A DNA stretch of 64,000 nt from an uncultured Gemmataceae bacterium (GCA_963750165.1 CAVVPN010000004.1:128001-192000); one strand, 5' to 3'. Shown: positions 31,147 through 40,926, numbered from the stretch's first letter. The notes: generated from the letters alone by a model not told the origin. Numbers and translations: made by a program.

Positions 31147-32595
31147 TCACTTCTGGCACCCGCCGGCGCCGCAACTGCTGCCGGGCTGCGCCGCCAGGCT
31201 CGCCGACGTCGGCATCGTGGTGAAGCCGGCTTGCTGCACCGAACCGCTGCCATCCATCCGCGACATCGGCACGCCAGGCAGGCCCGGCACGTTCGGCACC
31301 GTCGGGCCGCCACCGTTCGGTGCCAGGTTGGGCGGCAGCATCGGGCCGTTGGGACCGAACGGCACCATGCGGCCGGGCGGCACCATGTTGGGCGGCATCA
31401 TGCCGGGCGGCATCATGCCGGGCGGCATCATGCCAGGCATCGGCGGCAGACCGGGGTTGGGCACTGGTCCGGGTTGACCCTGCGGAGCGCCGGGGCCGGG
31501 CGCGTCGATCGCCGGCGTGTTCGGCGCCTCCTGATCCAGGTTGCCCATGCGGATCACCAGCAAGATGCTGCCGCGCCGCAGCGCTTCCTTGATCGGGTCG
31601 GCGCCCGGCTCCAGCGTCGTAGAGATGACCTCGCCGATGCCGGCCGCGGCCGCTTCCTGGTAGGTCGGGTCGGGCAGGTAAATCACCTTGACCAGATAGT
31701 TGCCCATCGCAACCTGCTTGAAGTCCTCCGGCGTGAAATCGATCGGCACCGCGTTGTGCGACAGGAACGCCTCGGTCTTGGGGTTGGCCGGCACCACCTC
31801 CAGCGTCGGGTACAGCTCCAGACCGGGCAGCCCCTCAATGTTGCTCAACTTCAGGCGGTAGATGGCGGCCTGCAGGAAGTTGTAGCGGCCGGGCGCCTCA
31901 ATGGGCGTCGGCGAGTAACTGGGCTTGCCGTCCGGGCCAACGCTGAACCAGGCAACGCGCATACCGGAGGGCCGCACGAAGCGCACCTGCGTGCGCGTGT
32001 TGGCGGGCTTGAACGGCAGCTTGCCCGGCATGGCGCCCACCGCCGCGACCGCGCCGAGGGCCGGCGGCGGGAAACCGGGCATGCCGGGCGGTCCCATCAT
32101 GGGCATCCCGGGGCCGGGGCTGGCGCCAGGCATCCCAGGCATCCCGGGCATCCCAGGCATCCCGGGCATCCCGGGCATCCCAGGCGGTCCCATCATGGGC
32201 ATGCCGGGCATCCCGGGCATGGCCGGCATGTTGGGCGGCGACAGCAGACCGCCGGGCGGCACTGACATCGCCGGCGCCCCTCCGGGGCCGGCCGGGATCT
32301 GGGCGGACACCCGCTGCAGGCCGCTGGGCGTGTTGATCTGCACCATCTCCAGCGGTATGCTGTTCATCATCATGGACCGGGCGACCTTGTCGCTGTACGG
32401 CCCTTGCGGCACCTGGTACGGTGATACCATCGGCACGCCCTGGCCCCAGGGACCGACGGCGCCCGGGATCATCGGCGGCCCGCCGTAACGGGGCGGGGGG
32501 GCGGCCATCGGTGGACCGGCGTCCGGTCCGCCGCCGGCAGACATGCAGCCGTTGCCGGCCGCCAGGAGCATCAAGACGCCCGCGATTCGTTTCAT
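31147..32595 (-). CDS. Pro/Met/Gly-rich putative lipoprotein with one globular domain
   Basis: MKRIAGVLMLLAAGNGC lipobox-like start. Low-complexity flanks surround a domain paralogous to the DUF11 protein N-terminus. Confidence 0.75.
   Translation of the reverse strand: MKRIAGVLMLLAAGNGCMSAGGGPDAGPPMAAPPPRYGGPPMIPGAVGPWGQGVPMVSPYQVPQGPYSDKVARSMMMNSIPLEMVQINTPSGLQRVSAQIPAGPGGAPAMSVPPGGLLSPPNMPAMPGMPGMPMMGPPGMPGMPGMPGMPGMPGMPGASPGPGMPMMGPPGMPGFPPPALGAVAAVGAMPGKLPFKPANTRTQVRFVRPSGMRVAWFSVGPDGKPSYSPTPIEAPGRYNFLQAAIYRLKLSNIEGLPGLELYPTLEVVPANPKTEAFLSHNAVPIDFTPEDFKQVAMGNYLVKVIYLPDPTYQEAAAAGIGEVISTTLEPGADPIKEALRRGSILLVIRMGNLDQEAPNTPAIDAPGPGAPQGQPGPVPNPGLPPMPGMMPPGMMPPGMMPPNMVPPGRMVPFGPNGPMLPPNLAPNGGGPTVPNVPGLPGVPMSRMDGSGSVQQAGFTTMPTSASLAAQPGSSCGAGGCQK
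32129..32184 (-). repeat. 9-bp tandem repeat encoding (Pro-Gly-Met)n
   Basis: ggcatccc(a/g) x6 inside the CDS. Confidence 0.85.
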
Positions 32596-32775
32596 GGAAC
32601 CGTCCCCCTCGCCTACCCCACGAGGCTTCGTTGTCCCGGTTTGCCGGAAACCCGCCGCTCCCCCGCGGCGCGAGCCCGGGGCGGCCGGGACCATTCGTCT
32701 TTATCCCCGGGTGACCTAACGCTATACTCGACCGCCTTTCGGATCGAACTTTCGTCAAATCCGGAACCGGTTCTC

Positions 32776-33607
32776 ATGACGCGGTACTCTCTTTGGCTGG
32801 CGCCCCTGGTGTGCGGAGTCGTGTTGCTGCTGACCGGCGCGCTCGACCGCAAGCCGGCGCCCGTGTTGCCGCCGCCCGTCACCGACCTCGGGCCGTTGCC
32901 TGACGGGCGCGACGCCCTTCAGCTGCTCGCCGCGGCCGGCGCCGCCTACAACCCGCAGCGCGTGCCGTGGCAGCGGATCGACCTGTGGCAGCGTGTGCGA
33001 ACCGACGGCGGCCACCACGAGGTCCGCGGCCGCTACCTGACCGCGCCCGGCTGCCGGCTGCGCCTGGAGCTGGAAGTGCAGGTGGGCAAGACCCGCGCCG
33101 CGGTGCAGCTGGTCAGCGACGGCCAGCGGCTGTGGCAGCGGCAGGGCATTGGCGGTGACGAACCGACCGTGACGCAGGCTGGAGCTGCCCACGCTGCCGA
33201 AGGATCACCCCGACCCCGCCGCCTTCCCGGCGCAGCGCGAGCGCTACCTGCACGAGCAGAGTTTCGGCGTCTCGACGTTACTGCGGCTGCTGCGCGGCGG
33301 CGGCCAGGGCTGGCAGGGCAAGCTGGCGAAATGGGAAGGGGTGGAAGTGCTGCACCTGAGTGCGACTTGGCCGGCGGCTGAGCCGATGAGTCTGCCGCCG
33401 GTAGAGGGGCTGCGGCCGCCGCCACAGGCCCGCCGCGTCTGTGTTTTCCTCGACCCGCGGACAATGTGGCCGCGGCGCGTCGAGTGGTGGGGCGAGACGG
33501 CCGAGGGCGACCCAGTGACGTTGGCGGAACTGGAGTTTCGTACGCCGGTGCTGAATCAGCCGCTGTCCGCGGCGGAGTGCCGGCAAGCGTTTACGTTTGT
33601 GCCGTGA
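32776..33607 (+). CDS. Exported hypothetical protein, possibly LolA-like fold; frameshift ~33177
   Basis: N-terminal hydrophobic segment, RLRLEL...LVSDG..LW, and C-terminal V.LD..T.WP.RVEW...LEF..P.LN...F.F.P. Confidence 0.65.
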
Positions 33608-33639
33608 ACGCCATATTACCCCGGCAGCTAACATCGTCA

Positions 33640-33669
33640 CGTAGGACGGCTCTCCAAAGCCGTCCTACG
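33640..33669. repeat. GTAG-type REP (GACGGCTCT family)
   Basis: cgtaggacggct-ctccaa-agccgtcctacg. Confidence 0.8.
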
Positions 33670-33704
33670 CGTTGAAGGCGTCGGCGTCAAACTATTTCTC
33701 CGCT

Positions 33705-35102
33705 TCAAATCCTTACGAAAATCTTGTTGCGGTACAGCCACAAGCACATCAGCCAGAACGTCAGCCCATACGCCAGCGCCTGCAGCACCGGCTCCCACAG
33801 CGGCCCCGCCGCCAGGAAAATCCGCGACCCGAGATGCACCTGCCAGGTGTGTGTCGCCCACGGCTTCAGCAGCTGGCCCATGCAGTAAATCGCCAGCGAG
33901 TTGACACCGACCACCACCAGCGGCCACGTCCAGCGCCGCCACTCCAGCACGTCCACGACGCCGTACAGCGCCGCCAGAATCAGACAGCACCAGCCCGTCG
34001 AGAACAGCGCCCACGACGGCGTCCAGATACGCTTCACCAGCGGACAGACGCCCGTCAGGTTCAGCACCTGGCCCACCACCAGCCCGGCGACGCCCGCGAG
34101 CAGCAGGATTTGCAGCTTGTGCCGCGCCGACCGCGGCCCGCGCAGCAGTCGGCCGCACATCAGGCCAAACAGCATCGTCGCCAGCGACGGCACGAAGTTG
34201 ATCGTCTGATAGCCGCCGTTGTTGAACGCGAACCGCTGCGGCGCCGGCAGCGTGTTCAGCACGAACAGCGCCGAGTCCGTCGGCAGCACCCGCTCGACCA
34301 CCCAGGCGAAGCCGTCCCATACGTGGACCGGCATGTTCAGCAGCACCAGGTCGAGTTCGTGGCCGACGTTGGCATTCTTCTGCCAGGCGGGGGCCACGCC
34401 GGTCAGGTAACCTTTCTCGACCCACTCCGGCTTGATGCCGAGGGTCGGGTCGCCGTGGACCGGGTCAATGCCCGCGCTGGGGTAGCTGGCGTACAGCAGC
34501 CAGGTGCCGAGCAGCAGCAGCGCCGCCACCACGACCTGGACGCGGAAGGAGTGCTTCCACAGCAGGTACAGCGCCGGATAGCCCAGGCCAATCTGCGTCA
34601 GCACGTTCATGAGCGACCAGTTCGTGGAGCGGTCGAAGTTGGAGATCAGGAAGATGCCGAGGACCACCAGCAGGAACGACCGCCACAGCACATGGCCGAA
34701 CAGTTTGGCCTCGGACTGGCCGGACTGGCGGCGCTTGCTGAATGAGAACGCTGCGGCGACGCCGACCATGAACATGAACGACGGCTGAATCAAATCCCAG
34801 AAGCCGCAGCCGACCCATTCGACGTGATCGAATTGATGGTGGACCGCCTGCCAGACGGGAGCCGAGCCCGCGCCGGCGTCCAGGTGACGCTTCGCCGTCG
34901 CGGCCAGGCCGAAGCCGTTGAACGCCAGCGCCACCATGATGAGGCCACGGTACACGTCCAGCGACTGCAGCCGTTGTTTCAGGAACTCCGGCTTCGCCTC
35001 GGGCGGGGCCGCCGGCTGGGGTTGCGCTTCGGCGACCGGCGCCAGTGGGGCGGAAGGTGGGCTGAGCAGAGCGGCGCCGTTGTGTGGGGTGTCTTGTCCC
35101 AT
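33705..35102 (-). CDS. DUF5009/HGSNAT-like membrane acyltransferase
   Basis: RLQSLDVYRG, HVEWVG..FWDLIQPSFMFMVG, NVLTQIGLGY, PLVKRIWTPSW, GVNSL.IY. Confidence 0.88.
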   Translation of the reverse strand: MGQDTPHNGAALLSPPSAPLAPVAEAQPQPAAPPEAKPEFLKQRLQSLDVYRGLIMVALAFNGFGLAATAKRHLDAGAGSAPVWQAVHHQFDHVEWVGCGFWDLIQPSFMFMVGVAAAFSFSKRRQSGQSEAKLFGHVLWRSFLLVVLGIFLISNFDRSTNWSLMNVLTQIGLGYPALYLLWKHSFRVQVVVAALLLLGTWLLYASYPSAGIDPVHGDPTLGIKPEWVEKGYLTGVAPAWQKNANVGHELDLVLLNMPVHVWDGFAWVVERVLPTDSALFVLNTLPAPQRFAFNNGGYQTINFVPSLATMLFGLMCGRLLRGPRSARHKLQILLLAGVAGLVVGQVLNLTGVCPLVKRIWTPSWALFSTGWCCLILAALYGVVDVLEWRRWTWPLVVVGVNSLAIYCMGQLLKPWATHTWQVHLGSRIFLAAGPLWEPVLQALAYGLTFWLMCLWLYRNKIFVRI

Positions 35103-35117
35103 GTATGGCCTCCTCGC

Positions 35118-36065
35118 TTACTTCGCCGGCATGTGCAAATAGACCGCCGGGTGCATCGTGTACAGCCGATAGCCCTTGCCGTCATGCACCAGGATACCGC
35201 TCGACTTGTTCTCCGCCACCGGCTGCAGCGGATTGTTCGGGTACTTCTCCCAGTTCAGCAAATCCGTGGACGTGGCGACCGCCGTGCTCCACTGCCGCGC
35301 GTTCGGCCCCTCCCTGGCCGTGCCGTGATAGTAGGCGTAGTAGCGACCCTTGTGCTTGATGATCTGGTTGAGCGCGATCAGGTCGCGGTCGTAGGCGCCC
35401 GGTCCCGGCTTCAGCACCGGCTCGTCCTGCACGTTCCGCCACACCTTCAGATCCTTTGAAGTCGCCAGCCAGACGCCCAGGTCGCGGCGCTCGTAAAAGA
35501 GATACCAGGTGTCTTTTTCCTTCCAGGCGGTCGGCGTGCCGTAGGGGCCGGGCGGGATTTTCTCGCCGTTCTTGAGCCGCACATCCAGCTGGCCGACGCG
35601 CTTCCAGGCGACGCCGTCGTCCGAGACGAGCAACTGGGCCAGGTCGTCCTTGCCCTCGGCGAACATGTAATACTTGCCGCCGTCCTTGACGATCATCATG
35701 TCCTCGACCCAGTGGTCCTTGTAAATCGGGTTCTTCGGGTGGCGCGTCCACTTGATGCCGTCCGGTGACGTGGCGTAGCCGAGCATGCACTGGCCGGTCT
35801 TCGTGCCGTCGTAGCCGGTGTACCAGAGTTTGTACTGGCCGTTCTCGATCAGGATCCAGCCGCGCTCGCGGATTTTCTGGTCCCAGGCGCCCTTGGGGCC
35901 GGCCGTGAACACCGGCGCCTTTTGGTACGGCTTGAACCGGACCAGTTCGGGCGGGAATTTTTCGCCCTGGGGCTGCCGGGCGGGGGCGAGGGAAAGCAAG
36001 AACGCCGACCCCAGCAGGGCGGCGGCGAGCGCCCGGAAACGGCGGCTCGTGCTCCGTGGCTTCAT
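35118..36065 (-). CDS. Secreted glycosidase-like five-bladed beta-propeller (GH43/GH130 clan-like)
   Basis: Repeated YKLWYTG...LGYATSPDG.KW, WLATSKD..W and VATSTDL.NW blades; signal peptide. Confidence 0.8.
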   Translation of the reverse strand: MKPRSTSRRFRALAAALLGSAFLLSLAPARQPQGEKFPPELVRFKPYQKAPVFTAGPKGAWDQKIRERGWILIENGQYKLWYTGYDGTKTGQCMLGYATSPDGIKWTRHPKNPIYKDHWVEDMMIVKDGGKYYMFAEGKDDLAQLLVSDDGVAWKRVGQLDVRLKNGEKIPPGPYGTPTAWKEKDTWYLFYERRDLGVWLATSKDLKVWRNVQDEPVLKPGPGAYDRDLIALNQIIKHKGRYYAYYHGTAREGPNARQWSTAVATSTDLLNWEKYPNNPLQPVAENKSSGILVHDGKGYRLYTMHPAVYLHMPAK

Positions 36066-36135
36066 GCGGACCTCGGTACGGGGGTGGCGACGGTTTCGCA
36101 CCATCATACCACGCTGGCCGGGGCAAGGGGCAACA

Positions 36136-36193
36136 AACGTGAACGACCGGAGGGCGCGCAAGTTGGCTTGCGCGCCCTCCGGTCGTTCACGTT
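36136..36193. repeat. 27-bp-arm palindrome downstream of the sigma factor gene
   Basis: aacgtgaacgaccggagggcgcgcaag-ttgg-cttgcgcgccctccggtcgttcacgtt. Confidence 0.85.
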
Positions 36194-36211
36194 CCTGGCT
36201 CGCTTTTCAGT

Positions 36212-36989
36212 TCAGGTACTGAACTCCGGCCGCCGTTTCGCCAGCTGGGCCTGCAACCGGGCGACGATGCTGGAGTGCATCTGACTGACGCGCGACTCGC
36301 TCAGATCGAGCGTGGCGCCGATCTCCTTCATCGTCATGTCCTCGTAGTAGTACAGGATGATGATGAGGCGTTCGTTGCGGTTCAGGCCGCGCGTCACCAG
36401 CCGCATCAGGTCGCGGTTTTGCAACCGGTGGGTCGGATCCTCAGCCTTTTTGTCCTCCAGGATGTCGATCTCGCGGACATCCTTGTAGCTGTCGGTCTCG
36501 TACCACTTCTTGTTGAGGCTGACGAGGCCGACGGCGGTGGCATCTCCGGCCATTTTTTCAAACTCCTCCAGGCTGACGCCGAGCCGAACCGCCATCTCGT
36601 CGGCGGTCGGCGGCCGGCCCAGTTCCGCCTCCAGCGCTCTTGCGCGACTCCTCCAACCGGGTGTGCTTGCTGCGCACCAGGCGCGGCACCCAGTCCATGG
36701 TGCGCAGTTCGTCGAGCATGGCACCGCGGATGCGCGGCACGCAGTAGGTCTCGAACTTGACGCCGCGCTCCAGGTCAAAGGCGTCGATGGCGTCCATGAG
36801 GCCGAACACCCCCGCGGAAATCAGATCATCAAGATCCACCCCTTCCGGCAGCCGGGCCCAGATGCGCTCGGCGTTGTATTTGACCAGCGGCAAGTACAGC
36901 TCGACGAGCTGATTGCGTAACTCAATGGACGGCTCGGCGCGATAGTCGCGCCAGAGTTGCTGGACGTCCACGTCAACGTGTGTCACCAT
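36212..36989 (-). CDS. fliA: RNA polymerase sigma factor FliA/WhiG (sigma-28); frameshift ~36639
   Basis: DDLISAGVFGL.DAI..FD..RGVKFETY...RIRGAMLDELR.MDWVPR and LYYYE.MTMKEIG..L.LSESRVSQ.HS. GGAGG RBS. Confidence 0.92.
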
Positions 36990-37701
36990 TGCCATCCTCC
37001 CTGATGTTCGGCAAGCGGTGTCGCGGTCGTCCCGAAGCATCGGCTGAGGTGCGCACCCCGAACCGGCGCCGCCCGCCGGGCGTGGCGTGCGGGACAACAG
37101 ATCCGCGTCCGTCCGTCAGGCTGCTGGCTGCGGCGCGGCGGGCCGCCTGGTTCCCCAAACCAGGGCCGGCTGACGCGCCCCCGACCGGACGCCGCGAACA
37201 ACCAGGGCGCCCCACCGGGCCGAGGTCCCCCCCTCGACACGGCGGCGCACGGCGGGCGTGGGCCCGTGCCGGCGCGCGCTGACTGCATGTGCGGCTCGCT
37301 GGATCGACCTGACCAACCGCTTACCTAACCCCGTCCTTGGAGTGCCGCCCGTTTGCCGAACCGTCCCTGTCCCGCGGACAGAACCTGGCCCGGCGCTTCC
37401 CCCGGCGGCCGCGACCGACTGGGCAATCGCTTCGCTCCGGTTTTATCGACCGACCTCCTCTTCGCGCTGGAGAAAAATCAGTGAATTCCAGTCCGGTTCC
37501 CTGCAATCCGCCCTGGGCATGGACCGCCGCAGTGCTCCCCCGAGCACTCCGATGGAAAGGGTGATCCCCCGCTGGGGTCGTCGCACCGGCACAATTGGCG
37601 AAAAGTGGAAGACGGCCTATACCCGCCCTTCCAGGAGGTGTCCAGAGGAGATTTCCTCATTTCCTTATGGGTGTGCCTTGCCTTTGGATTTTGGCATTTG
37701 C

Positions 37702-37771
37702 GGGCGAGCGGCGCGGCGTCCGCCCGCCGGTGCTTGGAAGTACCGGCGGGCGGACGCCGCGCCGCTCGCCC
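37702..37771. repeat. REP palindrome, GGCGAGCGGCGCGGCGTC family
   Basis: gggcgagcggcgcggcgtccgcccgccggt / accggcgggcggacgccgcgccgctcgccc. Confidence 0.85.
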
Positions 37772-37901
37772 AATTCCAGAGGCACACCGGGCAAATCATC
37801 GCGGGTGATTCATCGAAGTTTGACGGTCCCGTCTGCCGATGAGGCAGCAGAGGATTCGTTCTCGACCAGCGCCCGCTCGGTCCAGCTACAGGGAGGTTTG
37901 A

Positions 37902-38126
37902 ATGATGGCCCCGCACCTGCGCCTGTTCACCGCCGCCGAGGCCGGCCCTGCCGACACGCCCGCGCCCACCGTACGCATCAGCCTTCGCGACATGCTGCCG
38001 CTCATTGCCCTGGCCCAGCGCCACAACTATCTTTGGCTTCAGGATTTTCTTGATGACGAGGTGTGCGTCACGGAGGATCTGTACGACATTCTGCGCGCCT
38101 TCCGCGCGTACCGGCCCTCCGCGTGA
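37902..38126 (+). CDS. Small hypothetical protein (74 aa)
   Basis: GGGAGG RBS, typical codon usage, protein-like composition (WLQDFLDDEVCVTEDLYDIL). Confidence 0.7.
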   Translation: MMAPHLRLFTAAEAGPADTPAPTVRISLRDMLPLIALAQRHNYLWLQDFLDDEVCVTEDLYDILRAFRAYRPSA

Positions 38127-38176
38127 CGACCGCGCCGCGGCCGGCCCCCTGCGAGTCGTTCGGTGGGTTGGCATGC

Positions 38177-38953
38177 ATGGGCGCGAAACTGAAAGAACTG
38201 CTGCGGCAGGGCCAGCTGACACGGGTTATGGGCCTGGGCCAGCTGTGCGACCCCAAACTGATCGAGATGATCGGTCACACCGGCTTCTGGGATGCGGTGT
38301 GGCTCGACCAGGAGCACGTCGGCCTGACGGTGCCGCAGATCGAGCACGCCGCTCGCGCCGCCCGTCTGACCGGTCTGGATTCCTTCGTCCGCCTCAACGC
38401 CACAGACTATGCGGTTACCATGCAGTGCCTGGAGGCCGGCGCCGGCGGCGTCATGGCCGCCCAGGTCCGCAGCCAGCGCGAAACCCAGGATGTCGTGCGC
38501 TGGAGCAAGTTCCACCCCGAGGGCCAGCGCGGCGTCAACGGCACCGGCGCCGACGGCCGTTACGGCACCCTGCCCCTGCTCGACTACTTCGCCCGCGCCA
38601 ACGCGGACACCTTCGTCGCCATCCAGATCGAGAACGTGGAAGGGCTCCAGGACGTGGAGCGCATCGCGGCGGTGCCGCACGTCGATGTGCTGTTCATCGG
38701 CCCGGCGGACCTCAGCCAATCGATGGGCATCCCCGGTGAGTGGGAGCACCCGCGCTTGTGGGCCGCGTTCGAGCGCGTGGCCGCGGCGTGCCGGGCGAAC
38801 CACCGCCACTGGGCGATTCTGCCGATGAATGTGGACTTCGTGCGCCGCTGCGTGGCGCTGGGCTGCCGGATGCTGTCGCTGGGCATCGACATGTGGGTGA
38901 TCCAGCGCGGCCTGCGCGCCTTCCAGGATGATTACGCTGCCGTCACCCTGTAA
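38177..38953 (+). CDS. HpcH/HpaI aldolase family protein
   Basis: D.VWLDQEH, LEAGA.GV, P.G.RG, QIE..G, DVLFIGP.DLS motifs. Confidence 0.92.
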   Translation: MGAKLKELLRQGQLTRVMGLGQLCDPKLIEMIGHTGFWDAVWLDQEHVGLTVPQIEHAARAARLTGLDSFVRLNATDYAVTMQCLEAGAGGVMAAQVRSQRETQDVVRWSKFHPEGQRGVNGTGADGRYGTLPLLDYFARANADTFVAIQIENVEGLQDVERIAAVPHVDVLFIGPADLSQSMGIPGEWEHPRLWAAFERVAAACRANHRHWAILPMNVDFVRRCVALGCRMLSLGIDMWVIQRGLRAFQDDYAAVTL

Positions 38954-38986
38954 CGGTTCGGCGCCCAGCCGCCCAGCCCGGATGAT

Positions 38987-39090
38987 TCACCGCGGAGCGC
39001 GCAGAGAACACACAAAAGAGCATCCACAGATGACACAGATGCACGCAGATAAAGACCTTTGAACTCGGTCTTCTCGCTGCGTTCTCTGCA
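38987..39090. repeat. Degenerate CACAGA/CGCAGA short-period repeat with partial inverted arm
   Basis: tcaccgcggagcgcgcagagaac...ccacagatgacacagatgcacgcagataaagac...gcgttctctgc; resembles 59317-59416. Confidence 0.5.
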
Positions 39091-39116
39091 AGATTAACTT
39101 GACTAATACTCCCATC

Positions 39117-39677
39117 CTAAACTATCAGGCCAAGGGCAATCAAGATCAACAGGGCCGCCAGACAGGCGTAGGCCGCAGCCACACTCACCCGGCCCCGCGC
39201 CGGCCCCAGGCCGAAGTGCGGCCCCTGGCGGTGCCACAGCCACAGGCCCACCGGGACCATTACCACACCGAAGCCCCACAGGCACCATGCCGGCGAGCCA
39301 TGCCGCAGCATCACGCCAGCGTCCCCCAACCGATCAAACGAACCGGCCGCGATGTAGGCGCCGTTGGCGATCAGGCAGAAGCCGGCGAAGAACCGTAGCA
39401 GGTATGCCCAGCGCCAGCGCAGGACCGCGGCCATTCCCCAGGCCGCCAGCGGTAGCACACAGCCCAGGACCGGACCGGCCCAGACGACCAGCAGCGGGCT
39501 GGGGTCGCGGGCCAGGTCGGTGCGCGAAATCGTCAGCGGATGCAGGACCACGCGGGCCACCTGGCCGCCCGTCAGCCACGCCGCCGCGACGTGGCCGAAC
39601 TCGTGGACGGCTTGCATACCGAACCAGGAGGCCAGCAGGGTGGAGAGGATCAGTATAACCTGGTGCAGCCGCTTCAT
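39117..39677 (-). CDS. M50-like membrane metallopeptidase family protein
   Basis: HEFGH zinc motif in a TM context, WAGP, and GD motif (LGDAG). Confidence 0.8.
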   Translation of the reverse strand: MKRLHQVILILSTLLASWFGMQAVHEFGHVAAAWLTGGQVARVVLHPLTISRTDLARDPSPLLVVWAGPVLGCVLPLAAWGMAAVLRWRWAYLLRFFAGFCLIANGAYIAAGSFDRLGDAGVMLRHGSPAWCLWGFGVVMVPVGLWLWHRQGPHFGLGPARGRVSVAAAYACLAALLILIALGLIV

Positions 39678-39804
39678 CCTGCCTCCGCGTGGAAATGACA
39701 ACCGATCCGGATTAGTTTACAGTGAGGAGGGCGAGTGCGTCCGGGGCCGATCCGTGAGACGACACGGAGCGCGGAGGCACCGCCCGCACGAGGGAGACAC
39801 CATC

Positions 39805-40137
39805 ATGGCGGTCATCATCACCCTGCCGCTGTTCGGCAAACCGGGCTACGAACTCGGCGAGGGCGTCGAGGTCAGCGGCGAACAGGTCCGGCAACTGGGC
39901 CGCGAACTGGCCGAGCGCCTCGACACCGTGGCCGGACTGCTCGACAAGCTGACGGCCGCGGGCTGGGACGCCCAGACCGGACTGTACGACGTGATGCTGA
40001 GTCACCCGTTCCTGCGCACCGAGGCGGAGGCCCGCACGCAACTGGACGGGCTCGGCATCGACCCCGAGGAGGTTTCGCTCGACGAGTTCGAGGATGAGGA
40101 CGAGGAACCGGAGATGGATGAGCCCGAGGAGGTGTGA
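39805..40137 (+). CDS. Hypothetical acidic protein
   Basis: GAGGGAG RBS, typical codon usage, acidic C-terminal tail. Confidence 0.7.
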   Translation: MAVIITLPLFGKPGYELGEGVEVSGEQVRQLGRELAERLDTVAGLLDKLTAAGWDAQTGLYDVMLSHPFLRTEAEARTQLDGLGIDPEEVSLDEFEDEDEEPEMDEPEEV

Positions 40138-40306
40138 GGACGACGAACCCGGTTGCTCGATGGGGCACTTTATCGTTGCCGGCAGCGCGGGACCGCAGGA
40201 CAATGGCAGAGGTTGACCGTCCGCTTTGACGATGCCGGCCCGCGGGCATGAGCCTGCCTGTCCCAGAGCCGGCACGCCCTACCACACCAGGGGAAAGGAG
40301 CTACCA

Positions 40307-40717
40307 ATGCGCCTCGTCTGTTTCGCGGCGGCCGTCCTCACCCTCACCGTCCCGACCAGCGCCGGCACGCAGCAGCGCGACAAGGCCGCCCACCTGAACG
40401 GCAAGTGGCACTGCCTGCGGATCGAGTCGATCAACGGCAGCCAAGCCGCCAACTTCTATTTGAAAATCGAGGGCACCAAGGCGTCCTGGTCGGCGCCTAA
40501 CCAGACAGCCCTGACTGCCACCGGTAGCGCAACCATCGACCCGGACGCCAATCCGCCGCGCATGGACATCACGCCGGAGTACGGCATCTACCGCCTGGAC
40601 GCCGACACGCTGGTCCTTTGTCTCTGGCCGAACGCGAAGGATCGGCAAACCACCTTCGACCTGTCCAAACAGAACCCGCCGGGCCGGGTGCTCACTTACC
40701 GTCGGGTCAAGGAATGA
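40307..40717 (+). CDS. Secreted TIGR03067 domain protein
   Basis: AAGGAG RBS, signal peptide, LNGKW...IDP.ANP.RMDI...GIYRLD.DTL.LC. Confidence 0.85.
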   Translation: MRLVCFAAAVLTLTVPTSAGTQQRDKAAHLNGKWHCLRIESINGSQAANFYLKIEGTKASWSAPNQTALTATGSATIDPDANPPRMDITPEYGIYRLDADTLVLCLWPNAKDRQTTFDLSKQNPPGRVLTYRRVKE

Positions 40718-40746
40718 TTGCAGGTTGGAAAGAGGGGGAGAATGGA

Positions 40747-40784
40747 AAGAAAAACAGAGTCAGGCAATATTGCCCGACTCTGTT
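40747..40784 (-). terminator. Intrinsic terminator downstream of tRNA-Met
   Basis: Minus-strand hairpin aacagagtcgggcaa-ta-ttgcctgactctgtt followed by a T-rich tract. Confidence 0.75.
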
Positions 40785-40787
40785 CAG

Positions 40788-40859
40788 TTGCGGCGGCCGG
40801 ATTTGAACCGACGACCTCCAGGTTATGAGCCTGGCGAGCTACCACTGCTCCACGCCGCG
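40788..40859 (-). tRNA. tRNA-Met(CAU), initiator type; CCA not encoded
   Basis: CGCGGCG-TGGAGCAGTGGTAGCTC-G-CCAGG-CTCATAA-CCTGG-AGGTC-GTCGG-TTCAAAT-CCGGC-CGCCGCA-A. The C1:A72 mismatch marks an initiator tRNA. Confidence 0.95.
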
Positions 40860-40926
40860 CCTTGGGTGAGTCACTCGCTTCGAGATTCCCTTTACGGTTT
40901 TCACGGAGGAGTGACTCTACACTGCT

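Noticed and set aside
37330..37400. c-di-GMP-I riboswitch upstream of fliA (GGCAAAC on the minus strand)
   Set aside because: The following GNRA stem and GACGCAAAGC-like element are missing.
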